Source of the DNA: Octopus vulgaris
Lineage: Eukaryota
Length of the DNA: 64,000 nt
NCBI GenBank assembly: GCA_951406725.2
Contig: OX597841.1
Coordinates: 20,212,001-20,276,000 of the forward strand
Reading direction: 5' to 3'
Below, in pieces: positions 12,361 through 23,489 of this stretch (positions are counted from its first letter, which is position 1; every line of letters starts with the position of its first letter). Below the pieces are notes generated by a model. That model saw only the letters and a program-made list of their open reading frames with translations. It did no database searches and had not been told where the DNA came from. The position numbers and the translations under genes are program-made.

Positions 12361-12430
12361 TCTGGTAATCCAAATATGGTTCATAATAGATCAAATCTGG
12401 TAATCCAAATATGGTTCATAATAGATCAAA
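12361..12430. repeat. Perfect 35-bp tandem duplication
   Basis: tctggtaatccaaatatggttcataatagatcaaa at 12361-12395 and 12396-12430. Confidence 0.95.
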
Positions 12431-12567
12431 TTTTTTATTTTAAATTTCCTCAATCCCTTTCACTTTTTAGTAGGTGTGGCCTTTTAATGCGAGAGATTTT
12501 TATTATAATTATTATTGATGTTGTTTTTGTTTTTGATTCCAGGAAGTGATAGGGCATCCGAACCACA

Positions 12568-12593
12568 ATGACTGAATACAGTGATTTAGACAG
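12568..12593 (+). CDS. PPP4C: PPP4C coding exon 1 (MTEYSDLD-R); exon probably starts at 12543 after ttttgattccAG
   Basis: ATG at 12568; donor AG|GTATGT at 12594; phase 2 matches next exon; translation resembles PP4c MAEISDLDR. Confidence 0.9.
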
Positions 12594-12747
12594 GTATGTA
12601 TATAGTTTGAGATGCTGTCTTGAGATAATTTATATGGACACATACAATGTGTGTGTGTGTATTATATATATAGTCAAATGGCTGAAACAAGTAAAAGAGT
12701 TAAAAGTATATATAAATATATATTATATATTATATATACATATAATA

Positions 12748-12905
12748 GGCGCGGGCATGGCTGTGTGGTTAGGGAGCTTGCTTCCTAGCTACATGGTTTC
12801 GGGTTCAGTCCCACTGCGTGGCGCTTTGGGTAGGTGTCTTCCACTATAGCCCCAAGTCGACCGAAGCTTTGTGATTGAATTTGGTAGGCGGAAGTTACTG
12901 CCGTG
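12748..12905 (+). mobile_element. tRNA-derived SINE (family A head)
   Basis: A-box-like TGGCTGTGTGG, B-box-like GGTTCAGTCCC and the core ggcaccttgggcaagtgtcttc variant; more than ten related copies in the window. Confidence 0.8.
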
Positions 12906-13174
12906 TGTGTATATGTGCGTATAGCTGCTCAGTGCCTCTCCGAAAGAGAGAGAGGGATATATATATATATATTACGTTTATATATTGGTTTTAAAAGATT
13001 TTTGATGTGAAATTGTGTGCTGAAACAGATATTGTTGTATTTAGGAATGGTCATTTTGCCAGTTTAGCCATAGAGGTATACGCATGCACAAATGAAGACA
13101 CATACAATAGGAATACAAAATAGCTGACCGTTAGTAAGGAGAGACGCACAAATAAGAAAGAAGAAAGCAAAGGA

Positions 13175-13214
13175 CCACTGATGAAGTCACAGGAGTGTGA
13201 CGAAAGAACTCTGG
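13175..13214 (+). ncRNA. Minimal type I hammerhead ribozyme motif in the intron after PPP4C coding exon 1
   Basis: Stem I cca/tgg; CUGAUGA 13178-13184 plus an extra A; perfect stem II gtcac-aggagt-gtgac; GAAA 13202-13205; 2-bp stem III; triplet CUC. Lies between inverted repeats 13030-13061 and 13248-13279. Confidence 0.6.
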
Positions 13215-13288
13215 CTGAAATAAGCTTAAGAAAAATTTTTTAAATAATGGCAAAATGACCATTCCTAAATACAACAGTATATATATAT

Positions 13289-13650
13289 AGGAACAAGTGG
13301 CTGTGTGGTTCCTAGCCACATGGCACCTTGGGCAAGTGTCTTCTACTATAGGCTTTTGGCTGAGAAAAGCCCTGTGAGTGGATTTGGTGGATGGGAACTG
13401 AAAGAAGCCCATCATATATATATATGTGTGTGTGTGTGTGTCTTTCTATTTATCTGTCCCCCCTACCACCACTTGACAACTGGTGTTAGTGTGTTTACGT
13501 CCCCCGTAACTCAGCAATTCAGCAAAAGTGACCAATCGAATAAGTACCAGGCTTTGCAAAAATCTAAGCCCAGGGGTTGGTTTGTTCAACTAAAATCAAG
13601 GCAGTGCCCCAGCATAGTCGCAGTGAAATGACTGAAACAAGTGACAGATA
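13289..13650 (+). mobile_element. Bipartite SINE (family A head, microsatellite, family B tail)
   Basis: Same A and B modules as 33570-33970; B ends cagcatagtcgcagtgaaatgactgaaacaag. Confidence 0.75.
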
Positions 13651-14217
13651 ACGAGTAGAATTCATATTGGAAACTGAAAGGAGTGAATTGTGTGGATATG
13701 TGTATGTAACGGAACAGTACATTATATTCTCCAAAACATGGATTTACACCACAAATTCACATTCTACATATTGTTGGTGTGATAGTTATGTTCAGTTGAG
13801 GACTCTAAGGATTTTACCAAAATAAGACATAAAAATGGATTTATTCTTGGTGACTCTGCAGGTGCCACATAAAAAGCACTCAGTCCCCTCTGTAAAGTGG
13901 TTGGCATCAGGAAGGGCTTCCAACCATAAAAACCATGCCAAAACAGACCTCACTGGTGCTGGTGTCACATAAAATGAACTTGGTCCACTCTCTAATGTGG
14001 TTGGCATCAGGAAGGGCTTCCAACCATGAAAACCATACCAAAACAGACTGTGAAGCCTGGTGCAGACCCTGGCCTTTATCAGCTGTGGTTAAACTCTCCA
14101 ACCCATGGCAGCCTGGGAAACGGACATTAAATGACAATGTATAGATAGATGTTTGTGTCTTTGTGCCCCCTCGTCTTGATATTGCATAATAGTTGTAAAT
14201 GAATATCACTGTCATAC

Positions 14218-17200
14218 CTGCCTAAAGGGCTGGTGGCAATGGAAGACTCAGAAATTAGAAAAAGAATATTATCAAAGCTGAATCAAGATGTGAAACTAAC
14301 CTTGCAGAAAGTGGCTGAGGAATGCCAACAAATGATAAACCTTCGAGAAGATACAAGAAAAATAGAAGACAATAATAGGAATGTACAAATGTGTAAAGAA
14401 AGTACAGATAGAAGAAAATATATAAATTGTAGTTGTGGAGACGGACATTTGAGGAAAGATTGCCCCTTGAAAGATAAAACATGTTTAAAGTGTGGTAAAA
14501 TTGAGCTTATACAGACGAAATGCTGGTCAAAGAAAATTGTAAAACAGAAGAAAGTCTACTCAACAAAAGTAAATTATACCCTACAAAATTGAAAATTTGT
14601 GTTGGTAGAAATAAATGGTTTGCAGACCAAAATGCAATTAGATACTGGTTCAGACATTTCGATAATAAATACGGCAACATGGAGTAAGATAGGCAAGCCA
14701 GTGTATAAAAACTACTAGGATAGGTCAGGGGAAGGAGTTCAATTCCTGTGCGAAATTTCACCAGAAATAAAACTTAAAAACATGACACAGAAAAGTAAGC
14801 TAATGATATCTAAGAATACAATGAATCTGTTTGGGACAGATTTCATGGAAGAATTCAACCTGTGGGATCTACCACTGAATACATTATGTAACAAGGTCAG
14901 AGAAAGCATCAGAAAAATTGAAATTAGAATTGGAAAAGATGTACCCGGATGTGTTTTCTAAAGAACTTGGTACGTGTAAAAAAATTAAAGTTTGAGTTGA
15001 AAGAAAATGTGGTACTGGTGTTCAAACCGAAAAGGAATGTACCTTTTGTGGCGTTAAACCAAGTTGAGAAGGAATTAAAAAGATTGGAAGACATGGAGGT
15101 AATTGCAAAAGTAGAATACTCTGAGTGGGCAGCTCCTACTCTATATATAAAAAAGAAGAACAACGAGATAAGAGTATGTGTGGACTTCTCAACTGGTCTT
15201 AATGATTGTTTAATAAATTACAATTATCCGCTTCCAAACCCAGAAGAAATATTTGCTAAGTGCAATGGTGGGAAAGTTTTTTCCAAGCTGGATTTGTCAG
15301 AGGCCTACGTCCAATCACTGGTAGATGAAGAACGTGCTAAAGTATTAACAATCAATACTCATAAAGGTCTGTACCGTCTCAAAAGACTGCCATTTGGGGT
15401 AAAGGTCGCACCAGCAAGTGATGGATACTATGCTAGCAGATTGTGAGTTCGCGGTCCCATACTTGGATGACATATTGATCAAAAGTGAATTGAAGGACTA
15501 ACATATTGCAAACAAGAGGTTTTCAAACGAATAAGCAATTATGGGTTTGTGAAGATAAAATGTGAATTTTTCTTGACAAAAAAGTACTTAGGACAGGTGA
15601 TTGATGAAAACGGATGTAAACCAGACCCTTCTAGGATCGACGCGATAAAAAAAAATGCCTGCTCCCACTAACAAAACAACACTACAAGCATTTTCAGGTC
15701 TGGTAAGTTATTACCAGCTGTACATACCTAAAATGTATGAGCTAAGAGCTCCATTGAACAAGTTGCTTAAGGACTTGAAATGGGTCTGGACAAACGAATG
15801 TCAGAAAGCATTTGAGGAATTAAAAAAGCAGTTAACATCAGAGTTATCATTAACTCATTTCACCCCAAACCTGAAAATAATTGTGGCATCGGATGCCAGT
15901 GAATATGGAATAGGAGCTGTGATATTGCATAAATTTAATGAGGGTAAAATCAAAGCATGCATCGTGAGTTCTATTACCAGTGGAAAGAAACTACAGCCAG
16001 ATTGAAAAAGAGTAAAAAAATTCCATAAATTCTTACATGGGAGGAAGTTTACACTGCAAACAGATCACTGACCGTTACTGTCTATTTTTGGTTTGAAAAA
16101 GAATATCCCCATGCACTCAGCAAACCGCTTCCAGCGCTGGGAGACTACCCTGTTGGACTACGATTTCCAGGTGGAGTTTTTGCCATCAATGAAAATGGGA
16201 CACGCAGAAGGGTTGTCTAGGCTAATTCCAAAATATGAGAAACCTTTTGAAGATACGGTGATTGCATTGTTAAAACTAGAAATGGAACTGAAGAACATTT
16301 TGTGCAATGCAGTACATGATTTTCTGGTAACACTGGAACAAATTAAATTGGAATTAGGGAAAGATAGGTTTATAAACAAGATTTTAAAATTGTTGAGTAA
16401 CACGAAAAATATGAGCAGGACACAGGTTCAAAGCAGTATTCAATATGTGATGAGGTGTTATATGCACAAAGAGTGGTAATACCTGAAGTGCTACAATACA
16501 GAGTATTAAAAGACTTCCATGTAGGACATGCTGGGATTGTCCGGATGAAGAGCCTCATGAGGAGTTACGTTTATTGGCCAAATATGAACAAGCAAATTGA
16601 GAGACTGGTAAAACAGTGTAAGGGATGCACTATGACAGCAAAGGCGCCCCCAGTGCAGATTCAACCGTGGCCAAAAACCGAATTGGCATGGTCAGACTAC
16701 ATGTGGATTTCGCAGGACCAATAAATGGCTCTCATTATATCATTGTGGTGGATAGCTATTCCAAATGGCCTGAAGTGTGTAAATGTTCAAGGCCAACCAC
16801 AAATATGACGATTGACTTCTTGGAAGAATTATTTGCTCGTTATGGGGTGCCAGATACGATCGTGTCAGATAATGGTACACAATTCATGGCGAAGGAGTTC
16901 GAAAGATTCTGTAAGTCGGTTCAAATGAAGCATGTATTAACTCTGCCATACCATACATGGTCAAATAGGTTAGCGGAAAGATTCGTCCACACACTCAAGG
17001 GAGCTTTAAGAAAGACCAGATGGGAAACCCTTGAAGATACAGAATTGAGAAAGTTTTTTCAGGTGTATAGAATGAATAACACCGAATCCAAATGCAGAGT
17101 CGGGTAGGTCACCCACAGATTTGATGTTTCCCAGAAAAATTTGTTCTATCTTTGATAAATTGTTGCCGAGTAGGAAATAGAAAATTCGGGAAGAACCAAA

Positions 17201-17590
17201 TTTTTTAACATGGGTAATGAAGTGTATTTTAAAATATATAGAAACGGAAAACAGGACTGGGAATAAGGGACTGTAACTACGTCTGGGTAACGTGATGTAC
17301 ATGGTAAAAGGACCAAAACATGAACACAGAAGGCATGTAAACCAATTAATAAAAAGATATACCAAAAATTCAAGAGAGGCAAGAGGAACCAATGATATAT
17401 GGATATATGGCATGATTTGTTAGAGGTAGCAGAACCACAAGCAGAACTGACATGTAGGTCAAACACGAAGAGAAAACCTACAGAAATGATGGAAATTAAC
17501 TCTAAGAGAAAAGATCTGCCAGTTTCTCACCAAGGAAATAAAATTGATAAATTCGGGTTTAGAAAAAAAAAAACTCTCAAAAGAGGGAGG
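14218..17590 (+). mobile_element. Ty3/Gypsy LTR retrotransposon internal region, decayed and 5'-truncated
   Basis: Gag zinc knuckles; protease DTGSDIS (14641); RT (WAAP, RVCVDF, KLDLSEAY, RLPFGVK, YLDDILI); RNase H (ASDASEYGIGAVI); integrase HHCC and DDE (HVDFAGP, IVSDNGTQF, SNRLAERFV); PR-RT-RH-INT order; polypurine tract aaaagagggagg at the end. Confidence 0.93.
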
Positions 17591-17779
17591 TGTTGTGTGG
17601 ATGCCCCCAGACAATAAGTAGACTAACCCAGTACGTATAAATAGTGGATGTGATAGCTAGTCGGAAGCCAGAGCCATCGGTAGACGTTGAGTTCTGTTGA
17701 GTGGAGCTGTCAGAAGTGAGAGTTCGGTAGTTGAGTAGAGGTATGTCATTGGCCATTTGAAATCTAGGAAATCTAATCA
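17591..17779 (+). mobile_element. 3' LTR of the Gypsy element (right boundary approximate)
   Basis: Starts TGTTG immediately after the polypurine tract; TATAAATA at 17636-17643; no matching 5' LTR seen. Confidence 0.65.
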
Positions 17780-17986
17780 TTGATGATTATTCCATGAAGG
17801 GTTTGGAATATATAGGAAATGAGGAGGTCTGAGATGATTATGTTTATTTCCATAAGATTACAATCAAAGATCATGGTAGATGTCCAGTTTAAATGCTAAA
17901 GGATTAAATGAAAGAACAAGTGTTGTTCTAATGGGATGAGTTTCTTTGAAGTATTTAACCTATTATCTCTCGTTCATTTATTCCAG

Positions 17987-18110
17987 ACAAATTGAACAGC
18001 TAAGACGATGCGAAACTATCAAAGAGAATGAGGTGAAGACCCTCTGTGCCAAGGCCCGTGAGATCCTGATTGAGGAGAGTAATGTACAGAAAGTAGATTC
18101 CCCCGTCACG
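17987..18110 (+). CDS. PPP4C: PPP4C coding exon 2 ([41 protein letters not shown])
   Basis: Acceptor ttattccAG at 17985-17986; donor GTCAGT at 18111; within ORF 17946..18164. Confidence 0.96.
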
Positions 18111-18599
18111 GTCAGTGGATTGTATTCTAATGGTAGTGTTGGTTGTTGTTGCTTGTTCATATAATCATCATTTAGTGTTCGTTTTGCATGTTGGCATGGG
18201 TTAGATGGTCTGACAGGAGCTGCCCAGGCTGTTTTGGCATGGTTTTCTACAGCTGGATGCCCTTCCTAATGCCAACCACTCCACAGAGTGTCACTGGCAC
18301 AGGTGCCCTTTTCATGATACTGGCACTGACCACAACCATAATTTCACTTGGCTTCTTGTGTCTTCTCAAGCACAGCAAATCACCAGAAGTCTTGGCTACT
18401 TGTAATGGTGAATGACATTGTTTCGGACCAGAGCAGATCTATGGTCTGAAGGTATCTAGCCATTGCTGTCCCATCTTTTGTTGTTTTACAACCCCAGGCC
18501 ACCCGTCATCAACCAGATTTATGGCTCATAGGTACTCAGGCTGAACAACAGATCTATTTCACCAGTTATATGTTACTTCTGTCTAGCTGTGAATCATGT

Positions 18600-18945
18600 T
18601 GCGTAATGCAGTGGTTAATTGTATGTAGTCCAGTTTGACAGTCTGGACATGTTATCTTGACACTATCTAATGCAGTGGTTAAGTATTTGTAGCTCATTGT
18701 GACAGTTTGGACTCCAGTTATCTCTCCTCTGTTCTCTGTATTTTTTGATATGCACTGATTAATTGTATATAGTTAAAAATTTAACAGTTTGGACTCCAGT
18801 TATCTCTCCACCACCCTGTGTAATTTTGAGATGCACTGCTTAATTGTATGTAGTTCAGTGTGACGGTCTGGACTTGTCCAGTATCTTTTTACACATACAG
18901 TGTATGTAGTTTGATTCGACAGTCTGAACACATTATCTCTCTACT
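18600..18945. repeat. Degenerate minisatellite, about 5 units of 64-82 bp
   Basis: Recurrent atgca(g/c)tg(g/a/c)ttaattgtatgtag...gacagt(c/t)tggac...gttatct. Confidence 0.7.
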
Positions 18946-19093
18946 GTTATAGATGTTACTGTACAGTGTGATAAAATCTAGGACACATGGTTATAAAGCA
19001 AACTTCTTAACCATACAGCTAAGCCTTACTTGTATAATTATCTTTTTTGTTTAACTTTTTTATTTAACCTTTTTACATTCTTTATTTCTCCAG

Positions 19094-19246
19094 GTGTGTG
19101 GTGACATCCATGGCCAGTTTTATGATTTGAAAGAATTATTTAAAGTCGGCGGTTATGTACCTGACACAAATTACCTTTTCATGGGTGACTTTGTCGATCG
19201 AGGATTTTACAGCGTAGAAACATTTTTATTACTATTAGCTTTAAAG
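19094..19246 (+). CDS. PPP4C: PPP4C coding exon 3 ([12 protein letters not shown]...[21 protein letters not shown])
   Basis: Acceptor tttctccAG; donor AAG|GTGAGT at 19247; metal-binding GDxHG and GDxVDRG motifs. Confidence 0.97.
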
Positions 19247-19599
19247 GTGAGTAGTAACCTTATTAGTTTTAATGTTTTGTGGGCCTTTTGCTTGTATTAC
19301 AAATCATTATGTCTTTGAAAGTTTTATGTGTGATTCTCTTGTGACATTTGGGACACTTCTGTGTTCCTTAGCTGTGTGCAGCCCTGCTTTCTGGGATTGT
19401 AGCATTGTGAGCCTGGTAAAAATGACATTCTGTAACTCTGCACTTTTAATGTAGGCAAAGGTTGGAGACTGCAAAAGCATCAAATATGCACCCATCCAAC
19501 TTATGCCTGCGCAGAAAAATGGATGGAAATTGAACAAACACATACATACATATAACACACACACACACACACACACTACTTTGCACTATTCTAAGGTTT

Positions 19600-20020
19600 G
19601 GCAAGGTGGCAGAACTGTCAGCCTGCTGGAGAAAGTGCTTAACAGCATTTTGTCTGTCTTTACATTCTAAGATCAAATTCCACCAAGGTCAACTTTGTCT
19701 TTCATCCTTTTAGGGTCGATAAAATGAATACCAGTCATGTCCTGGGGGTTGATGTAACTGATTTCCTCTCCCCCCAAAAACTGCTGGCCCTGTGCCAACA
19801 TTTGAAACCATTCTTATGAAGAATGTCTGCAAGCTGATAGAATTGTCAGCACCCGAGACAAATTGTTTAGCAGCGTTTCTTTTGGTTTTATGGTCTAAAT
19901 TCAAATTCTATCAAGGATGATTCACATTTCGTCCTTTTGGGTGAAATAAATACCAGTTGAGTGCAGGGGTAGCTTTCCCTCCATTTCAGGCCTTATGTCT
20001 ACAGTACAAAGAATTATTTC
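19600..20020 (+). mobile_element. Two tandem decayed copies of tRNA-derived SINE family D
   Basis: caaattccaccaaggtcaactttgtctttcatccttttagggtcgataaaatgaataccag matches the minus-strand copy at 26480-26709. Confidence 0.7.
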
Positions 20021-20531
20021 GAGGTTTGGTTTGTTGTTTCAGGAGTTACTTGTTACTTTAGAGTTATATCTGTGTAGAGCAGTGGTACTTAATCTGGCTA
20101 ATAGACCCCACTCACCAAAGAGCATGGGGATCTCACACTGAGAGGTGATGTATGATTTTTCTTAGAAATAAAAGGGATTAACCATTTAGCATTCAGAATA
20201 AATTATCAAATGTAATGCTTTTTTATCCACATTTTAAAAAATTAATCACGTATTATCTTGTAGCTTCAAGATTTTGAATGACATTGTAGGGTGGGTGGGA
20301 GAGGCTGGATCTGGCCAGTTTGAACATAAAACAGATAAAACATTTGGGCTGGATGGCCAGTTTAAATGCTAAAGGGATAAAGCCCCCAAAATCAAGTCCG
20401 TACTTGTATTTTAATCTCATGTTTTAAAAAATATTTTTGTTGAGATTAAAATACAAATAAGGTCGTTGTGTTATTATTGAGCAAATGAATGACTGCTGAT
20501 TCGTTAAGGTCCAATACAAATTTGATGTGAA

Positions 20532-20800
20532 GACATGTGGCTTATCGGTTGGGGTATTAGGTTCACAAGCATATAGTTGTGAGTTCAATTCCCAGGCATA
20601 TGCTGTGTCCCTGAGCAAGACATTTCACTTTGCTCCAATGCCTGTTTTGTCACATAGTGTGTCACCGTGAATTTCCCTGAGAACTATGTTAAGGGTACAC
20701 GTGTCTGTGGAGTACTCAGCCACTTACACATTAATTTCGTGGGCTGTTTTTGTCAATTGAATCAACTGGAAGACTCCTCATCATAACCAATGGAGTTCCC
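20532..20800 (+). mobile_element. tRNA-derived SINE of a different family
   Basis: A-box-like TGGCTTATCGG, B-box-like GAGTTCAATTCC, then tgtgtccctgagcaagacatttcac core. Confidence 0.6.
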
Positions 20801-21002
20801 AAAAAGAAATAAATATATAATTTCTTACATGTAAATAGCCACAAGCATGGCTACATGGTGAAGAAGTTCACTTCCCAAATGCATGGTTTCAGGTTCAGTC
20901 CTCCTCTGTGCTACCTTGGACAAGTGACTTCTACTATAGAATAAAAGTTTTGCAAATAGATTTAGTAGATAGAAACTCAGAGAAACCCATCACATATATA
21001 TA

Positions 21003-21168
21003 TAGGTGCAAGTATGGCCAGGTGGTAAAGAAGCTTGCTTCCTGACCACATGGTTCTGGGTTCAGTCCCATTGCATGGCACCTTGGACAAGTGTCTTCCA
21101 CTATATTCTCAGGCCGCCCAAAGCCTTGTGAATGGATTTGGTAAACAGAAGATGAAAGAAATCCATTG

Positions 21169-21207
<39 letters not shown>

Positions 21208-22105
21208 TCTCTCTCTCTCTCTCCCTCTATTGTTTTTGTGCCTGTGTTTGTCCCCACCATTGCTTAGCAACTGGTGTTGGTGTGTTTATGTTCCCATAAC
21301 TTAGTGGTTTGGCAAAAGAGATTACTAGAATAGGGACCAGGCTTTAAAAAAAGCCCTGGTGTTGATTTGTTTGACTAAAACCCTTCAAGTCAGTGCCCTG
21401 GCATGGCCACAGTCAAATGACCAACAAGTAAATAACAAAAGATAGATATGTGTGGTGCCCCAGCATGGCCGCGGCCTTTGGACTAAAACATTTTTAAGGA
21501 TGTGTGTGTGTGTCTTTTTTGTGACATCTTATAATAGTTGTAAGTGTCCCTGTTATACAATTATTGTTGTTTCCAGTCTTCCTTGCAAACATGTTCAGCC
21601 ATGGGGAAATATTTTAGTTTGAAACGGGGGTGGGTTGGGGACAGGAAGGGCATTCCAACAAATTGTGCTTGGTCCTTGAAAGCATGGAAAAAATGAGGAG
21701 GAGGAGGAGGAAGAAAGCCTTTCCTTCTTTTGTAATTTACCGTTTTACTCATTTCAGTCATTAGATTGCAGCCATGCTGGGGCATCACCTTGACGAATTT
21801 TGTAGTCAAATGAATTAACCCCCGTACTTATTTTTTTGTTAAACCTGGTACTTATGCTATCAGTCTCTGTTGCCAAACTACTGGGTTGTGGGGATGTAAA
21901 CACACCAATACCAGTTGTGAAGCAGTAGTGCAAGACAAATACACACACAAGCTTCTTCCAATTTCTGCCTTCCAAATCTACTCCAAGGCTTTGGTTGCCC
22001 TGGGACCATTCTAGTTCTAACACACTTGCCCAAGATGCCAAGCAGTGGGGACTGAACCAGTAGTCATGTAGTTGGGAAGCAATCTTCTTTCCACACAGCC
22101 ACATA
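21003..22105. mobile_element. Oppositely oriented pair of bipartite A+B SINEs (21003-21445 plus; 21750-22105 minus)
   Basis: Same modules read forward, then as reverse complement, about 300 bp apart. Confidence 0.7.
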
Positions 22106-22563
22106 GGAGTAAATATCTAAAAAAAAGAAAAAGACGTCTTGGATGGGATAGTTTAAGAAACCATGGATAATAAACCATTCCACAAAACTGGATATTTGTT
22201 TGGCCAATTAGGGGAGTTACAAGGGATTGAAAATTACCAGTGTAGTTCCAAGCCTTTTTGCTGTACTGACTGATTTTTCTATAGGCCAGGAAATTGTGTG
22301 CATAACATATGGTTGGTGTTAGGAAGGGCATCCAGCTGTAAAAATCCTGCCAAAGCAGTCACAGAAATTTGGTGCTGGCTTTGGCCTGGCCGGCTTTTGT
22401 GGTATAGTCCCATCCATGGAACACGGACGTTAAATAATGATGAATGATGATCATGTATTACATATATATTATATATATATAATGAATATATATATATATA
22501 TATAATGAATATATATATATATATATATCTCATCATCATCATCTATATATATATATATATATA

Positions 22564-22763
22564 CCTAAACCACACTTGCCATACTATCAAGGTGTCTTAC
22601 CAAAACAACAATGTCTCAATATATATATATATATATCTCATCATCATCATCTATATATATATATATATATATCTCATCATCATCATCTATATATATATAT
22701 ATATATATTGAGACATTGTTGTTTTGGTAAGACACTTTGATAGTATGGCAAGTGTGGTTTAGG
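22564..22763. repeat. 57-bp near-perfect inverted repeat with (TA)n-CTCATCATCATCATC spacer
   Basis: 22564-22620 is the reverse complement of 22707-22763 with one mismatch. Confidence 0.9.
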
Positions 22764-22814
22764 GTGTGTCTATCTGGGAGAGGTTGGTCACAAGAGAAAT
22801 ATTGTTTTAGTTAT

Positions 22815-23090
22815 ATGCCAGCGTCGCCTCGGCTGGCTTCCGTGCCGGTGGCACGTTAAAAGCACCAACCGATCGTGGCCGATGCCGGACTCCCCTGGCA
22901 CCTGTGCAGGTGGCATGTAAAAATCACCTACTACACTCGCGGAGTGGTTGGCATTAGGAAGGGCATCCAGCTGTAGAAACTCTGCCAGATTCAGACTGGA
23001 GCCTGGTGCAGCCTCTGGCTTCCCAGACCCCGGTCGAACCGTCCAACCCGTGCTAGCGCGGAAAACGGACGTTAAACGATGATGATGATA
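22815..23090 (+). mobile_element. RTE 3'-end fragment (5'-truncated) with (GAT)n tail
   Basis: gtgccggtggcacg...ggcattaggaagggcatccagctgtagaaac...cggacgttaaacgatgatgat; the same tail is contiguous with RTE coding sequence at 34157-35400 and 61385-62010. Confidence 0.8.
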
Positions 23091-23256
23091 TATCTCATCA
23101 TCTATATATATAAAAATAAAGATTCAAATTATGATGAATGTAAACAAACAAACGAACTTTGCTTTAGAAGCATTGAGATGTCTTAGAAAGTTCAAGAAGT
23201 GATTTTAAATTCTCAAATGCAGGATAATGCTAACAATATAACCTGAAAAGGATAAG

Positions 23257-23390
23257 CTACCCCTATTTTGCAGAAAAAAGTGGTGTGGGTGATTTAGCTT
23301 AATGGTTCAGAGTACTTCGACGCATAATCACAGGTGTGAGTTCGAGTCTCATAGCCAGGCGCCAACACTTTTTTCTGAAAAATAGGGGTA

Positions 23391-23391
<1 letters not shown>
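23257..23391 (+). pseudogene. tRNA-like (CAT anticodon) sequence enclosed by 26-bp inverted repeats
   Basis: A box TAGCTTAATGG, loop cgCATaa, T arm gtgag-TTCGAGT-ctcat, ends gcca then T6. Arms 23257-23282 and 23366-23391 with one mismatch. Acceptor and anticodon stems pair poorly. Confidence 0.55.
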
Positions 23392-23442
<51 letters not shown>

Positions 23443-23489
23443 CAAAATAAGCAACAAGGATATCCAAAGGTAGTGTAGTACAATCGTTT

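Noticed and set aside
14233-17617. Domesticated or intact Gypsy-derived host gene
   Set aside because: Numerous frameshifts and stops across gag-pol, and no 5' LTR.
23288-23364. Functional tRNA-Met gene
   Set aside because: Acceptor and anticodon stems do not pair properly; treated as tRNA-derived.
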